Assembly: GCF_006345805.1 (NCBI RefSeq)
Contig: NC_042998.1
Span: forward strand, 74,152,001 to 74,216,000
DNA from: Octopus sinensis
Lineage: Eukaryota
DNA: 64,000 nt
Direction: 5' to 3'
The notes beneath the pieces were generated by a model. The model was not told where the DNA came from, did no database searches, and saw only the letters and a program-made list of their open reading frames with translations. Position 1 is the first letter of the stretch, and the number at the start of each line of letters is the position of its first letter. The translations under genes and the position numbers were made by a program. This document shows, one piece after another, positions 25,067-38,479 of the stretch.

Positions 25067-25181
25067 TCATAATATATTTTCATCTTTCACTGCTTGGAAA
25101 TTTCCAAATTTAGATTCCGTAACTAAACTTCTACCTTACCCCTCTCATTCAAGTTCAATACAACTCAGCCTACACCTCACA

Positions 25182-26801
25182 TCATCATCATCATCATTGT
25201 TCGACCGTGGTCGAGACAATGGAATTTACCATGTTGCGCCAGACTTCACGGTCCATCATAGCATTATGGAGGTCCTGTTGCTGGATGCCTGTATCCCTGG
25301 AGATTACATCAGGGTAGGAGAGTGTGCGCCCTCTGGTGTTGCGAGTAGATGGCTTCCAGAGGAGAAGAGTAGAAATTACTTCTTTTTCAGCTCTACAACA
25401 ATGTCCAGCAAACTGGACTCTCCTACATTTCACAAGAGATGACACAGGTGGTAATTTCCCATATATTTGCATTTTAGTTGGATGGCGCCTCCACGAGAGA
25501 TTTTGAGCTCTCATAAGGAGGCGAGTGTAGGTTCCATCCAACCGCCTCTCAAGCTTCTTTGATAACGTCCAGGTTTCTGAGCCATATAGTAGGATTGGTT
25601 CGACTGTGGCTTTGAATATTTCAAGTTTGAAGTCTCTACTTAGATTTGATGACCAGATCTTATGCATGTCATTACAGGCTGACCAGGCCATACCCTTTCT
25701 AGTTAGAAAGTCTTTTCCAGATGATGATATGTATGACCCAAGATATTTATAATCAGAAACCATATTTAAAGGTGCACTGTTGAGAGTGTGGATGATGCAA
25801 TCACTGTTGGACAGGCACTTGTTTATGTATTCAGTTTTGGTCTCATTAAGGTAAAGACCTACACAATTTGAGGCTTGTTCAAGAGATTGTAAAAGAGACT
25901 GGGCATTGGAGAGAGAATCACTGATAAGAGCGATGTCGTCAGCAAAGTCAGTGTCTGTCAAGTACTCAGCTGGGTGTCTGGAACTTCTTCTTGGTTTTAT
26001 TTCAAAGCCCTTGCCAGAGATGGTATCAACTGACATATGTAGCACATAATCAACAACAATGATGAAAAGAAATGGGGCGAGTGTGTCTCCCTGCAGTATT
26101 CCGGCCTCGATCGAGAAAGATGATGTTTCTCCATCAGGGGTTAAGATGGTTGAAGACGTATCTGTGTAGAGGACCTTGATGGCAGAAATAATTTTGTCTG
26201 GTATCCCATAGAGCTTAAGGATTTCAAACATCTTGCACCTATCTACAGAATCGAACGCTTTAGAAAAGTCTACAAATACCATTGCAAGATCGCGATTAAA
26301 TGCTTTTGATTCTTCAATAAGTCTGCGCAGGCATAGTATCTGGCTCAGCGTTGAGCGCCCATGTCTGAATCCATTTTGGTTCTTTCGGAGCAAAGGTTCA
26401 ACAAAAAGGACAAGACGATTTAGGATCAGTTTGTTGTACAGTTTTGCAGCAATTGACATTAGAGATATGCCCCTGTAGTTGGTGACGAGGGACAAATCGC
26501 ATTTTTTGGGTATTGGAATGATTTGAGACTGGTGCCAAATCTTTGGAGCAACAAAGGTGGAAAGTGTGTGGTTGCAGAGGTTAAGCAAAAGTGTGTGAAA
26601 TCTATCATCCTTCCAAATCACAGCCGGAATGTTGTCGGGACCAAATGCTTTCGAGGCTTTTAGTTGCTTGGTGGCTGCTGTTAGTTCAAATATGGTAAAA
26701 GGGGAGGTGTTGATGTCCAGCGTGTCTGATATAGGCACACTTGGGAGAGTGGGGTTATCAGGGATTTTGGCATTCTTCCCAAGGAGGTTTTTAAGGAGGT
26801 T
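25182..26801 (-). mobile_element. RTE-like LINE, 5'-truncated, young
   Basis: (TGA)n tail and an 11-bp TSD TACACCTCACA at 25171-25181 and 26802-26812. Confidence 0.92.
25194..26738 (-). CDS. LINE reverse transcriptase (RT and C-terminal part; endonuclease missing)
   Basis: An uninterrupted 514-aa frame with NYRGISL, QNGFR, FVDFSKAFDSV, GILQGDTLAP, FADD, YKYLG and LLYGSETW. It lacks a true start because of the 5' truncation. Confidence 0.9.
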   Translation of the reverse strand: MPISDTLDINTSPFTIFELTAATKQLKASKAFGPDNIPAVIWKDDRFHTLLLNLCNHTLSTFVAPKIWHQSQIIPIPKKCDLSLVTNYRGISLMSIAAKLYNKLILNRLVLFVEPLLRKNQNGFRHGRSTLSQILCLRRLIEESKAFNRDLAMVFVDFSKAFDSVDRCKMFEILKLYGIPDKIISAIKVLYTDTSSTILTPDGETSSFSIEAGILQGDTLAPFLFIIVVDYVLHMSVDTISGKGFEIKPRRSSRHPAEYLTDTDFADDIALISDSLSNAQSLLQSLEQASNCVGLYLNETKTEYINKCLSNSDCIIHTLNSAPLNMVSDYKYLGSYISSSGKDFLTRKGMAWSACNDMHKIWSSNLSRDFKLEIFKATVEPILLYGSETWTLSKKLERRLDGTYTRLLMRAQNLSWRRHPTKMQIYGKLPPVSSLVKCRRVQFAGHCCRAEKEVISTLLLWKPSTRNTRGRTLSYPDVISRDTGIQQQDLHNAMMDREVWRNMVNSIVSTTVEQ

Positions 26802-26945
26802 TACACCTCACACCTTCCTTACATCACAGTCAAAATAGCCCAAAGATTGTCTAGAGTGTTTTCTTTTTTTAAGTTATAGAATAGAGTTCCTGCAGGGTGC
26901 AATTAACATTTGATATTTTTCTTGGGGAAACATTTCATTGTTTTT

Positions 26946-27372
26946 GGATCTTTTCGGTTTGAACGACAGTTTTTTAAAAATATTTTCCACGTAACTAAAC
27001 ACTTTTAAACTTCATATTGTGGTAGAATGTGTTTATAAAACATCTTTTTCTCTTGGCTTTATTGAGAAAATTCTATAGTTTGTAAGATATTTGTTGTTTT
27101 TTTCTTCAATTTCTTTAATTTCAACCAATCAATGACGTCTATTGAGGTGAAAACATTCTGTGCCGTATGAATATGTGCTTCGTTTAAGAAACAGATTGGG
27201 TTTATTCACATTTGTGAAGAAAAAAAGATACCCTTTCCCCCACCCCTAACCCTAACTAACCCTAATCCTAAAACAGATTGAAATGCAATAGATCGATACT
27301 AGGGTCATAATTATGGGTGACAATTTCATATGACACCGCTAGAAAAAACTGCCGTTCAAACCGAAAAGATCC
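26946..27372. mobile_element. Non-autonomous TIR element with an internal CCCTAA tract
   Basis: 30-bp TIRs GGATCTTTTCGGTTTGAACG(A/G)CAGTTTTTT at 26946-26975 and 27343-27372, with CCCTAACCCTAA near 27245. It is flanked by a 64-bp direct repeat. Confidence 0.85.
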
Positions 27373-28964
27373 TAGTGTTCCAGCAGGGTGCAATTAACAT
27401 TTGATATTTTTCTTGGGGAAACATTTCATTGTTTTTGTTTATAGTAAATGTTGTTTTGTGGTCTTTATGACTGGTAAACACTTGTGGTGATCCTTATACA
27501 TAATACATGTCATGCTTGATTACGACTTATTGGGCAAGATATATACCAAGGCAGGAAACTCAAAAGATGGCAGCAGTGTCAGACTCCCTCCTTCTCCAAA
27601 AGCCAATCACATAGGATTGGCCATTGAAAAGGTGATTACACTGGCGGCGTCCCAGCATGGCCATAGCCTAAAGACAGAAACGTATAAAAGAATAAAAAAA
27701 AAATAAAAACAATGTATGTCATCCACTTTTTCAGATTGCATGGGTCAATTGAAACACGAGGCAGATTTTCTATGGTCAGACACTCTGCCTGTTGACAACC
27801 CTCACTTTTTTCCATGCAAGGTGATATTTCCACAAGTCGTTTGAACAATTAACAGCTCCGTACCAGGGCATGTTTTGGAGGCAGATTTGTAAACAGTGAC
27901 ATTATTTGTATGAATGATGACATTATTCTTTTACCCAGCACATAATGGGAAGACAGCTAGACACACACATACACAAACACACACACACACACATACACAC
28001 ACACACACACATACACACACACACACACTCAATATAGTAACAATGAATACAGAGATTAATACACCTGCATAACTGTTTTTATGATTTTTCTACAGTCATT
28101 TACAGAATATTTCATTTAAATTTGCCCAACACATGTTTCTGATGCATAGACATCAAGTGATTGCATTTGTATCCTGTTAATTTAAACTAGTGATTAGTCT
28201 ATGCACCTTTATAGATTGAAGCGAACTAAGTGCATGTAATTATGACAAGATTTATGTATGTAGCTTTTGTGGTTAGCCTTAACTTGGATTGCAACTAAGT
28301 GAAGTCTGTTATGTAATAACATGAAATTAGTTACCCGATAGTAAGAATTCAAATAAAGTAGTCCCGAAAAGGGCTTTAATGCATTCCCAGTGTATGTAGA
28401 ACTTAGGAGGATATACTAATAAAGTATGTATACTAAAACCATGAAGCATGTTACATAGTAACAGGCTAATCAAATATGAGATAACTATTCGAAGTAAATA
28501 ACTCTGTAAAGGGCTTTTGTGCATTCTCAGAAAATATTACCCTCAGTGGCGCTAGTGTTGGTATATTCATGAATTAATTCATTAACCAAAATAAGTGGAT
28601 CTATTGTTTAGGAAAATATTATTTATTTGTTTAAGGGTTGTACTGGATAAATTGTGAAAATAACTCTAACAGTTCAAATACTAAGAAATAAGCATACTCG
28701 ATTTGATTTATACCAAATGATTTAAGAAAATGGATGGGTTTCCCTTGGCTGTTAAAATTTAAAATATTAGATATATATAAGAATCCCTTCCAGAGGCCCT
28801 ATTATCGATCTTTCCAACAATCTGAGTATGCCATGAGATTTCCAGACATGAGTTTTACTCATGTGTCAAGTTTTATCAAAATCGATAAAATGATGTGGGA
28901 GGAGTTAGCTAACAACTCCACAAACACACCCACAGACAGAATTTCCCACATATGTAGTAGATAT

Positions 28965-29345
28965 AGGCATGGCTGTGTGGTAAGAAGTTTGGTCCCCAAC
29001 AACTTGGTCCTGGATTTCGAGCAAGTTTCTTCTATTATAGCTTCGGGCCAACCAAAGCTTTGTGAGTGTATTTGGCAGATGGAAACTGAAGGAAGCCTGT
29101 CATGTGTATATGTATATATCTATGTCTGTGTGTCTTTGTGTCTGTGTTTGTCACTCACCACCACTTGAAAACTAGTGTGGATGAGTTTACGTCTCTGGAA
29201 CTTAGCAGTTTGACAAAAGACACTAATAGGTTAAATGCAAGGCTTAAAAAAAAATGTCCCGGGGTCAGTTTGTTTGACTATAAACTCTTCAAGGTGGTGC
29301 CCCAGTGTGGCCACAGTCAAATGACTGAAACATGTAAAACATGAA
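28965..29345 (+). mobile_element. CORE-like SINE, near full length
   Basis: Homologous to the element at 1-380. Confidence 0.8.
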
Positions 29346-29397
29346 AGATAAAGCTACATGTGTGTGTGTGTGTGTTTGTTTGTGTGTGTATGTATGT

Positions 29398-29446
<49 letters not shown>

Positions 29447-29742
29447 ACTCTCCCATTATTAGACAACATAAGAGGGTTTGACAATTTCTTACCAAAGAAC
29501 CACACAGATGATTCATTTATAGTGATCAAATGTTTGTGTACACATAAGCTCAGTCACCCCATCAAATCGGCATTACCTGTACAGGTGCAACGTGTGCCAC
29601 ATGTCAGATGACGAAATGATCGCAGAGCAATGTGAAATAAAGTGCTTTGCTCAAGAACACAGCACAAGCCCTGGTCTGGGAATTGAACACACAATCTCAC
29701 AATCATGAATGCAACACCTTAACCACTGAGCCATGTTCCTTC

Positions 29743-29777
<35 letters not shown>

Positions 29778-30360
29778 TGTATGTATGTATATACATGTTC
29801 TTTGTCTATCTCCATATCCTCTTGGAGATTTTGGATAAAATTATACTAATGTGTCCTTCAAATTTAATTAAATTCTATGTTTTTTGTGCAGCTGAAGATT
29901 GCTCTACATTTTAAATTGATGTAATGTTTGCATAGTTCAATTAAATGGAGTCGCATGAAACGATCATACTGCATTACCTCTGGATATCCTTGTTGCTTAT
30001 TTTGATTACATATATATATATATAGGCTTCTTGCAGTTTCTATTTACTAATTCCACTCATAAAACATTGGTGAGCTTGCGCTCATAGTTTAAGGTTTGTT
30101 TCCACTCTCTGTGAGAGCCAATGTTAAGAGCATGTGGTTACACTGTAAACTTCTTAACTATATGACCTTTTTATTAAATGTAAGCATTTCAAAATGGAAA
30201 GATTTTTATCTTTGCGACCCTGGGACAACACATATGGGACCTGTTGTTGTAGATGACATAGATGATATTTGTAGTGATAATCATGAGAAAAATATCCAGT
30301 GAGTAATGATGTCTAGACCACATCCCCAACCCTACATTTATTGCTCTCATATTTTGACAT

Positions 30361-30363
30361 ATG

Positions 30364-30404
<41 letters not shown>

Positions 30405-30417
30405 AATAATGATGATG

Positions 30418-30482
<65 letters not shown>

Positions 30483-30492
30483 AATAATGATG

Positions 30493-30553
<61 letters not shown>

Positions 30554-30560
30554 TACTAAT
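30361..30560. repeat. (AAT)n/(GAT)n microsatellite
   Basis: Direct reading of the sequence. Confidence 0.95.
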
Positions 30561-30649
30561 AATATTTTAAAAAGGGATTGACATAACTCTTCACAAAGGT
30601 AAACAGTCAAGATAATGATGATGATGATGATGATGATATTAATAATAAT

Positions 30650-30805
30650 AAAGATTTCAAATTTTGGCACAGGGCCAACAATTATGGGAGAGAGGACTAA
30701 ATAAAATAAATTACATTGACCCAAATGCTTAACTTTAATTTATTTCATTAACCCTGAAAGATTACAAGCAAATTTGACCTTGACAGAATTTGAACTCAGA
30801 ACATA
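30650..30805 (-). mobile_element. SINE (second family) fragment
   Basis: TTTCAAATTTTGGCACAGGGCC...GAATTTGAACTCAGAAC, as at 6643-6855. Confidence 0.65.
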
Positions 30806-32832
30806 GAGTCATGATGGTGGTGGCGGCGGTGGTGGTGGTGGTGGTGGTGGTGGTGGTGATAGTGAATGTACTGTGGTGAGTAACTATTATAGTTGGGAGT
30901 GGTAATGAGTGACAGTAAACTCCATAGGGGTGATGATTGTGCTAATAAACAGTGAGTAACCACTGTTGTAGAAATGGTGACAATGAAGTTTTGGGTTGTG
31001 ACCCCTACAATAAAAGTTGTGGTGATAATGAGGATGGGTTCCCATTATACAAGAAGTGATGGTAATGATGGTGGGTAAAAATGATTAAAACACTAGAGGG
31101 TAATTACTACTATAGAGGCAATGGTAGTACCAGCAGTAGGTAATCACTCTAGTAGATTTCATAATGGGGTCAGTCGTGGACAACCAGAACTGTAGAGTTA
31201 GCAAAACTAATGAAAGTTTGATAACAAGTGAAATAATAAGAAAAACAAAAGGGAAGTAAGTACTCTGGGCATTATTATCTTGAGTCCTGGGCCTCATAGG
31301 ACCAGTTTCCCAGTTTCTGTGGTGTATAAGAGATCAGAATCACAGCATTTCCACTGAGCAGGTGTCAGTCTATCACAGGGTAATTCATTTGTGGCTGAGT
31401 GGACTCGAGCAAAGTGAAATGCAGTGTTTTGCTCGAGAAGACATTGCACTGCTTGGTCCAGGAATTAAAACCATGATCTTGCAATTATGAGTGTAACATC
31501 CTAACCACTAGCCCATGCACCTTCATCAACAACTGAAGAAGAGATAATGAAGTTGTGTAACCTCTGTAATTGACCTGTTGGCAGTAATCATGGTGAGTAA
31601 CAGTAGAAATGCTGATGGTAGTGTGTAAGTATGCTGAAAGTGTATGGTAGGTGATCATTACAGTTGTGGTAGTAATGGGGGTTAAAGATAATGAGTGGCC
31701 ACTATACTGCTTTATTAGTAAGTAACTACAATAGTATTGGTGGCAGTGGTAGTGATAATAATAATAATAATCACTTTCTTCTCTCTTTTCACTCTCTTCC
31801 CACCCAACACAGCCATGTTTGCCCTTCAGGAAGACTCCTTTCTTCCTGTTCCTCAATGCTACTTCTCCACCATCTTGCAAGGTACTAAGTGATTTGTGGG
31901 GGGGGGGGGGGCGGTGTCACATAAAAAAAACACCCAGTACATTCTGTAAAGTTGTTGGCATCAGGAAGGGCACCCAGCCATAGAAACCTTGTCAAAGCAG
32001 ACAGCAAGGTTTGGTGAAGTCACCTGCTTCACCAGTTCCAATCAAACTCTCCAACCCATGCCAGCATGGAGAACAAACCTTAAATGATGATGATGATGAT
32101 GATGATGAAGATAATGAACCACTGATGGTGTTTGTAGATAGCCATATAATATTAATGGTGATGGTAAAAATAGTTTGTGTTGTTGTGTAAACTACTATAA
32201 GTGAGGTAGTAACGGTGTTCAATAACTCCTATAGTAGAGGTGGTGGTGTAGGTGACGACTGAGCTTGGTGCTGGCCGTGGTGTTGGTGATGGTGGTGATG
32301 GTGATGGTGACAGTGGCAGTGGTGGCACTAATGTTGCTGAGTGTTATGGCAGTGTTTGGTCATCTATAATAAAATTGCTTTGAAAATCAAAATTGGTTTA
32401 ACTTGAAATATGTGGCTATAAACAAGAATTAATTTTAAAAGAACAATAATTATTTTGGAATCTCTTGAAGAAATACTGAAATGTTTCAACATTGTAGAGG
32501 TGAAGGAAGCAAGAGATATGAGAATATTTCAAACAGACAAAACAATTCTACCAGAAAGCAGCATTGAGTCAAAGAGATGACTCTATTAATGTCTTGTTTC
32601 TTACTCATCGCATACAATGTAGCAGCGTATTGAAATCAGAGATTTTTCCAAATGTATCATCTGTTGAAATTCTGCAATCAATAACAATCAGTCTATTGAA
32701 TAAATAACCAAGGCAATATTTCTTCTAATCAATAAAGTAGATCTTTCTTATACTTAACTCTCTCTTACTCCTTCTCCCTTTCTTTCTTTCTCTCTCTCTG
32801 ACCCAGTAGTTATAAATCTCTCTATATGTAGA

Positions 32833-32869
32833 ATAATAATAATAATAATATATAATAATAATAATAATA

Positions 32870-32912
<43 letters not shown>

Positions 32913-32958
32913 CATAATAATAATAATAATATATAATAATAATATAATAATAATAATA

Positions 32959-33032
<74 letters not shown>

Positions 33033-33035
33033 TAA
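32833..33035. repeat. (AAT)n microsatellite
   Basis: Direct reading of the sequence. Confidence 0.95.
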
Positions 33036-33509
33036 AAAGAAAAGAAAAGAAGTCTGTTATTGAACTATTAGAGGATAATTTTCTTGCTCTCCAACCTTTC
33101 TTTCTAAATGTTCTTTATTCATATCTTAATGGCAGATTTTTACATTAAGTACAATATGATAACTTGATCACATGTATGATTATTAATCAAAGAGTATATA
33201 CATATTGACCCCAGAGCATGTTCAAAGACTATATATTGACCTCAGGCCCTGGTTTAGTTAATTCCTTGTGAAGCATCGGTGAAAGTTTAGACATGATAAC
33301 TATTTCTAATTTTGGCAAAGGTGAAAAATAGCCTGCATTTTCTGATGATAGAACCCAATAAGCTGTCTCTGTTATTGTTGAAAAATTACCATTAGCGCTA
33401 AAGGAGTTGCAAGAACAAAAAAAAAAAAAGCAAATTATCAGTTCATTACAGAAATCTTCACATACAATAATGATAGAAATTCATACAGAAATATAAAAAA
33501 TACAAGCTT

Positions 33510-34580
33510 CACATAAGGTGCAGGCATGGCTGTGTGGTTTAAGAAGTTCATTTCCAAACCATGTGGTTTTGGGTTCAAACCCACTGTGCAACAAAAACCA
33601 TGAGCTTGCTGAAGCCTTGCAAATGGATTTAGTTGATGGAAATTAAAAGAAGTTTGTTGTTTACACACACACACACACACACACTCACAAATATATTTAT
33701 CTTTCACATATTTCAGTCATTTGATTGCAGTCATACTGGGGCACCACCTTGATGGGTTTTGGTTCAACAAATCGACCCCAGGACTTCATTTTTTTAAAGC
33801 TTATTACCTATTCACTCGTTTCTTTTTTAAGTTATGGGGATGTAAACACACCATCACTGGTTGTCAAGTAATGGTGGGGAACAAACACAGACACAAAAAC
33901 ACATACTCATAGATACACACACATGCACTGGGCTTCTTTCAGTTTCCATCTACTAAATTCATTCACAAGGCTTTGGTAAGTATCGAGTTACAGTGAAGAC
34001 ACTGACCCAAGGTGGCACACAGTGGGACTAAACAGAGAACCATGTGGTTAAGAAACAATCTCCTTACAATATAGCCATGCCTGAGTCTAAATGTGTGTGT
34101 GTGTTTATTTACATCAGCCTCAATGTAAATTATGAGCTATAAACATTGATGTTATTTTTTTCCCCATATAGGCACAAGAGTGGCTGTATGGTAAGTAGCT
34201 TGCTTACTAACCACATGGTTCTGGGTTCATTCCCACTGCATGGCACCTTGGGCAAGTGTCTTCTACTATAGCCTCAGGCCGACCAAAGCCTTGTGAGTGG
34301 ATATGGTGGACGGAAACTGAAAGAAGCCCCTCATATATATGTATATATGTATGTATGTTTGTGTATCTGCATTTTTACCCCCCCCCCCCCCAACATCGCT
34401 TGACAACCAATGCTGGGTGTGTTTACGTCCCCTGTAACTTAACGGTTCAGCAAAAAGAGACCGATAGAATAACTACTAGGCTTACAAAGAATAAGTCCTG
34501 GAGTCAATTTGTTCGGCTAAAAGTGGTGCTCCAGCATGGCCACAGTCAAATGACTGAAACAAGTAAAAGAATAAAAGAAT
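33510..34580. mobile_element. Cluster of three CORE-like SINE copies (+ 33510-33670, - 33710-34085, + 34167-34580)
   Basis: Each is homologous to the element at 1-380. Confidence 0.8.
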
Positions 34581-34718
34581 AAGAACATATCACTAAGATG
34601 TTTGCAAGCTTTGAAGATAAGTGAAATAAGAGATCCCATACTTGAAATACAAGTAAGGGTTAATGACAAAATGGCATCTGGTTGTAAAAGAACGCTTCAA
34701 TAATATGTTCATTTCACC

Positions 34719-35411
34719 CAGTGGTTCTCAACCATTTGCTACCTATGGATCCCTTTACTCTTTTACTTGTTTCAGTCATTTGACCGCGGCCATGCTGGAG
34801 CACCACCTTTAGTCGAGCAAATCGAGCCCAGGATTTATTCCTTGGAAACCTAGTACTTATTTTATTGGTCTCTTTTGCTGAAGCACTAAGTTACGCAGAT
34901 GTAAACACACCAGCATCAGTTGTCAAGCGATGTTGGGAGGACAAACACAGACACACCAACACACACGCATATATATATATATGTCGGTGGCACATAAAAA
35001 AACACCATCCGAGCATGGCCGTCTGCCAGCCTCGTCTGGCACCTGTGTAGGTGGCACATAAAAATCACCATCTGAGCGTGACCGTCTGCCAGCCTCGTCT
35101 GGCACCTGTGTCGGTGGCACATAAAATCACCCACTACACTCTCGGAGTGGTTGGCGTTAGGAAGGGCATCCAGCTGTAGAAACACTGCCAGATCTGACTG
35201 GCCTGGTGCAGCCTTCAGGCTTGCCAGAACCCAGTTGAACTGTCCAACCCATGCTAGCATGGAAAGCGGACGTTAAACGATGATGATGATGATGATGATA
35301 TGTTTTAATAAAGTATATGATGATGATATGTTTTAATAAAGTATATGATTCGGTATTATCTGATAGTTGATGAATGATTTAGATATATTTCTCCATTTTC
35401 TCATTTTGTAT

Positions 35412-35485
<74 letters not shown>

Positions 35486-35940
35486 GACAGGCTTCTTTCA
35501 GTTTCCGTCTACCAAATCCACTCACAAGGCTTTGGTTGGCCTGAGGCTATAGCTACAGAAGAAGACACTTGCCCAAGGTGCCACTCAGTGGGACTGAACC
35601 TGGAACCATGTGGTTGGTAAGCAAGCTACTTACCACACAGCCACTCCTGTGCCTATATTATTATTCTTTTCTGGTGGACCCCCCAGAGCCTTGGGATGTT
35701 TAGATGCTTCTTTCAAAATTCCTATTTTGTTTTTCTCATATTAAATTATGTAAGCTGAACTATGTAAAACATTAGAGAAAGAATCCTAGCTGTTTCTTGC
35801 AATACATACATCCAAAGGATCATTTTTTCATGAACCCTGAAAACACTACTGTTGATCTAATTTACTATTTTACTTGTGTGAACCCCCAAAAGTCTTATAA
35901 AGATCATCAGGGATCATATGAACTCCAGTTAGAATCACTG
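34719..35940. mobile_element. hAT-type MITE split by nested retroposons
   Basis: Left end CAGTGGTTCTCAACC, degenerate right end GTTAGAATCACTG, TSD ATTT(C/A)ACC. It contains SINE pieces (34760-34960, 35485-35655) and a (GAT)n-tailed element (34980-35300). Confidence 0.65.
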
Positions 35941-36198
35941 ATTTAACCCATACTTGCATGGAAGTATAGACAAAGAAAACAGAAAAACTATTCATATTCA
36001 CATATGACCCTTTCTGAAGGGGTCAAGGAGGGACAGTCTGTTTGGCTTTTGTCTGTCAGTGAGGAAGGGAGTGACTGAGCAAAACAGAAAGGGAGAAAGA
36101 GTGGAAAGGAGAAAGAGAGAGGAAATGAAGTTGTTGTCTTGGTGGCATGGTAGAAAATTCATAATGGAAAGAGGTGTAGTATTGACCACAAACACAAA

Positions 36199-36242
<44 letters not shown>

Positions 36243-36901
36243 AGCACACACGCACGTACAAGCACATATATACAGTTGTAGAGACATGTATACATATAAG
36301 GCAAAGGTCAAATGGAGCTGGAGGTATACTGACTACACAGATACAGATGAGCCCCTTGACAAGCACACACACATATACACACACAGACACATACACAAAC
36401 AAAAGCATGATGGAGAATCAGGGAGTGATCTGATAAAATGAGTGGGGGAAGGAAGAGGCAAAGTTTGCTACTAGATTTCTAGACTGTGTGTGAAAGAGAA
36501 AAGAAGTTGAGACATACATTCATATTTTGTAGATACTTAACTGCTTAGCATTAAATCTGATCATATCAGGCCCAAATATTGTACAGGTTCTAAGTTGAAA
36601 CTGACCAGATTCAGTCTCTCACAACTACCTTACAATGTCATTTTAAAAATCACATCATCAAACTCTTGAAGCTACAAGATGTGCATGATGATTGTGTGAA
36701 TGAGCAAAGATGTGATTTAAATCAAAGTAGAAGGATAAATGGAGAAACTTGCCTCTCACACTATAGAATCAGAATCTTTTCTGTTTGGTTGCCACTTTGC
36801 AATTTTTTCAATTTTTGTTTCAGTTGATTTCATATTTGGCGTATTGGTGTAATTTTATAAAGTAATCACTGACATGAAATTTATTTTCAGCATAAATCAA
36901 T

Positions 36902-37001
36902 NNNNNNNNNNNNNNNNNNNNNNNNNNNNNNNNNNNNNNNNNNNNNNNNNNNNNNNNNNNNNNNNNNNNNNNNNNNNNNNNNNNNNNNNNNNNNNNNNNN
37001 N
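36902..37001. other. Assembly gap (100 N)
   Basis: A run of N. Confidence 1.
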
Positions 37002-37599
37002 TCATCACGTAACCATCTTTCTTTTCCTGCACGGACGTTTAAACAAACGGACGTGTTTTACCCTCTCTCTCTCTTCTATCTTTTCTTTTAAAAAAAAAAG
37101 TTTCTTCCAGAGTTCACTGTTTTCCTCTCGTTCTGGCCTAATGACAATCTGTCTTTGTTTTCGTTTAGTTTCTTTGTGTCTCCACTGTCATTTTTTTGTT
37201 CCTAACTTTGACCCTCCATAAATCCTAAATTTTATTTTAGAATTTATGGGAGCAACAAGACTCATGTTGTCGTTGAATGCTCAAAATGAGGAGTAGATAG
37301 ACAGCCGACAACTGAAAAAGGTTCCTTTCTCTGTATTAACATCTCCTGTTTATTTGCACCGTTGGTGGACATCCTGTACCCATAATATATAATATATATA
37401 TATATTATATTATATATATATATATATAAACCAGCTTAGAGAAGAAGAAGAAACGAAACGAAACCAAACGAATCGCTCCTTCTTCTCTCTTTCTTTCACC
37501 CTCTTTTGCTTCCTTCTTCCCTATCTCTCTCTCTCTCTCACTCCTCCTCATCTCTCTCACAGCCGGGTCTTCCTTTCGCTGGCGGCCTTATTCAAGTAA

Positions 37600-38101
37600 A
37601 CATGTTTCTTCCTGCGCTCGTGAAAAATTTTTTTCCTCGTCTAGGCTTATAGGCCCCCTTTATTTGTTTTCCTGTCCTGTTTCTATTCCTTCTTGTACTG
37701 TATTTTTTGTAATTGTATTTTTATTTTGTATTTGTTTTTAATTGTATTGTTTTACGTCCTGTTTTTGTCACATTTTTTTCCTTGTTTTTACCCCTCTGCA
37801 AAGGAATTTTATTTAATTCTTTCGCAGGAAGGACTAGTTCGACGAGACGTCTTCTGTCCTCACCTTCGAAACACGCTGGAGTTGAACTAGGGACAGCTGA
37901 TGATGTAGTTGTCTTGTACTCTGTTTTTTCGTTGTTAAAAAAATGGTCCGTTCCATGTTGTTTTACGTTTCGTTTCTCGTTGAGTTCTACGTCTATTTGT
38001 GGTGTCCGTACACACGTATATATATAATATAGGCATGTATATATACATGTAGATGTAGTTACGTACATATATGTTGTAGTATGCATATTTTTTTATTACA
38101 C
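37600..38101. mobile_element. Probable retroelement terminal-repeat fragment, same family as the 1913-2371 fold-back
   Basis: Shares GTTCTACGTCTATTTGTGGTGTCC...CATGTAGATGTAG...TTATTACACTA with 2240-2371. Confidence 0.6.
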
Positions 38102-38140
38102 TATATATATATATAGAGAGAGAGAGATAGATAGATAGAT

Positions 38141-38203
<63 letters not shown>

Positions 38204-38268
38204 TATATATAAATATATATATAAATATATATTATAAATATATATATATATATATTATTTATATATAT

Positions 38269-38321
<53 letters not shown>

Positions 38322-38479
38322 TACAAAATAAGAAAATGGAGAAATACATCGAAATCAAGTATCAATTACCAGATAATACTCAATCACATACTTTATTAAA
38401 CTACCACATAAAAACTATAAGGTTAAACATAATAATGTAGGGTAAAAACAGTGTATATGAAGGAGTGTACGTAAAATAG

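Noticed and set aside
27243-27272. Telomere or telomere-fusion site
   Set aside because: Only a few imperfect CCCTAA units, internal to a TIR element.
27512-27706. 64-aa ORF MLDYDLLGK...
   Set aside because: Short and unrecognised, and its 3' half runs into a SINE tail remnant.
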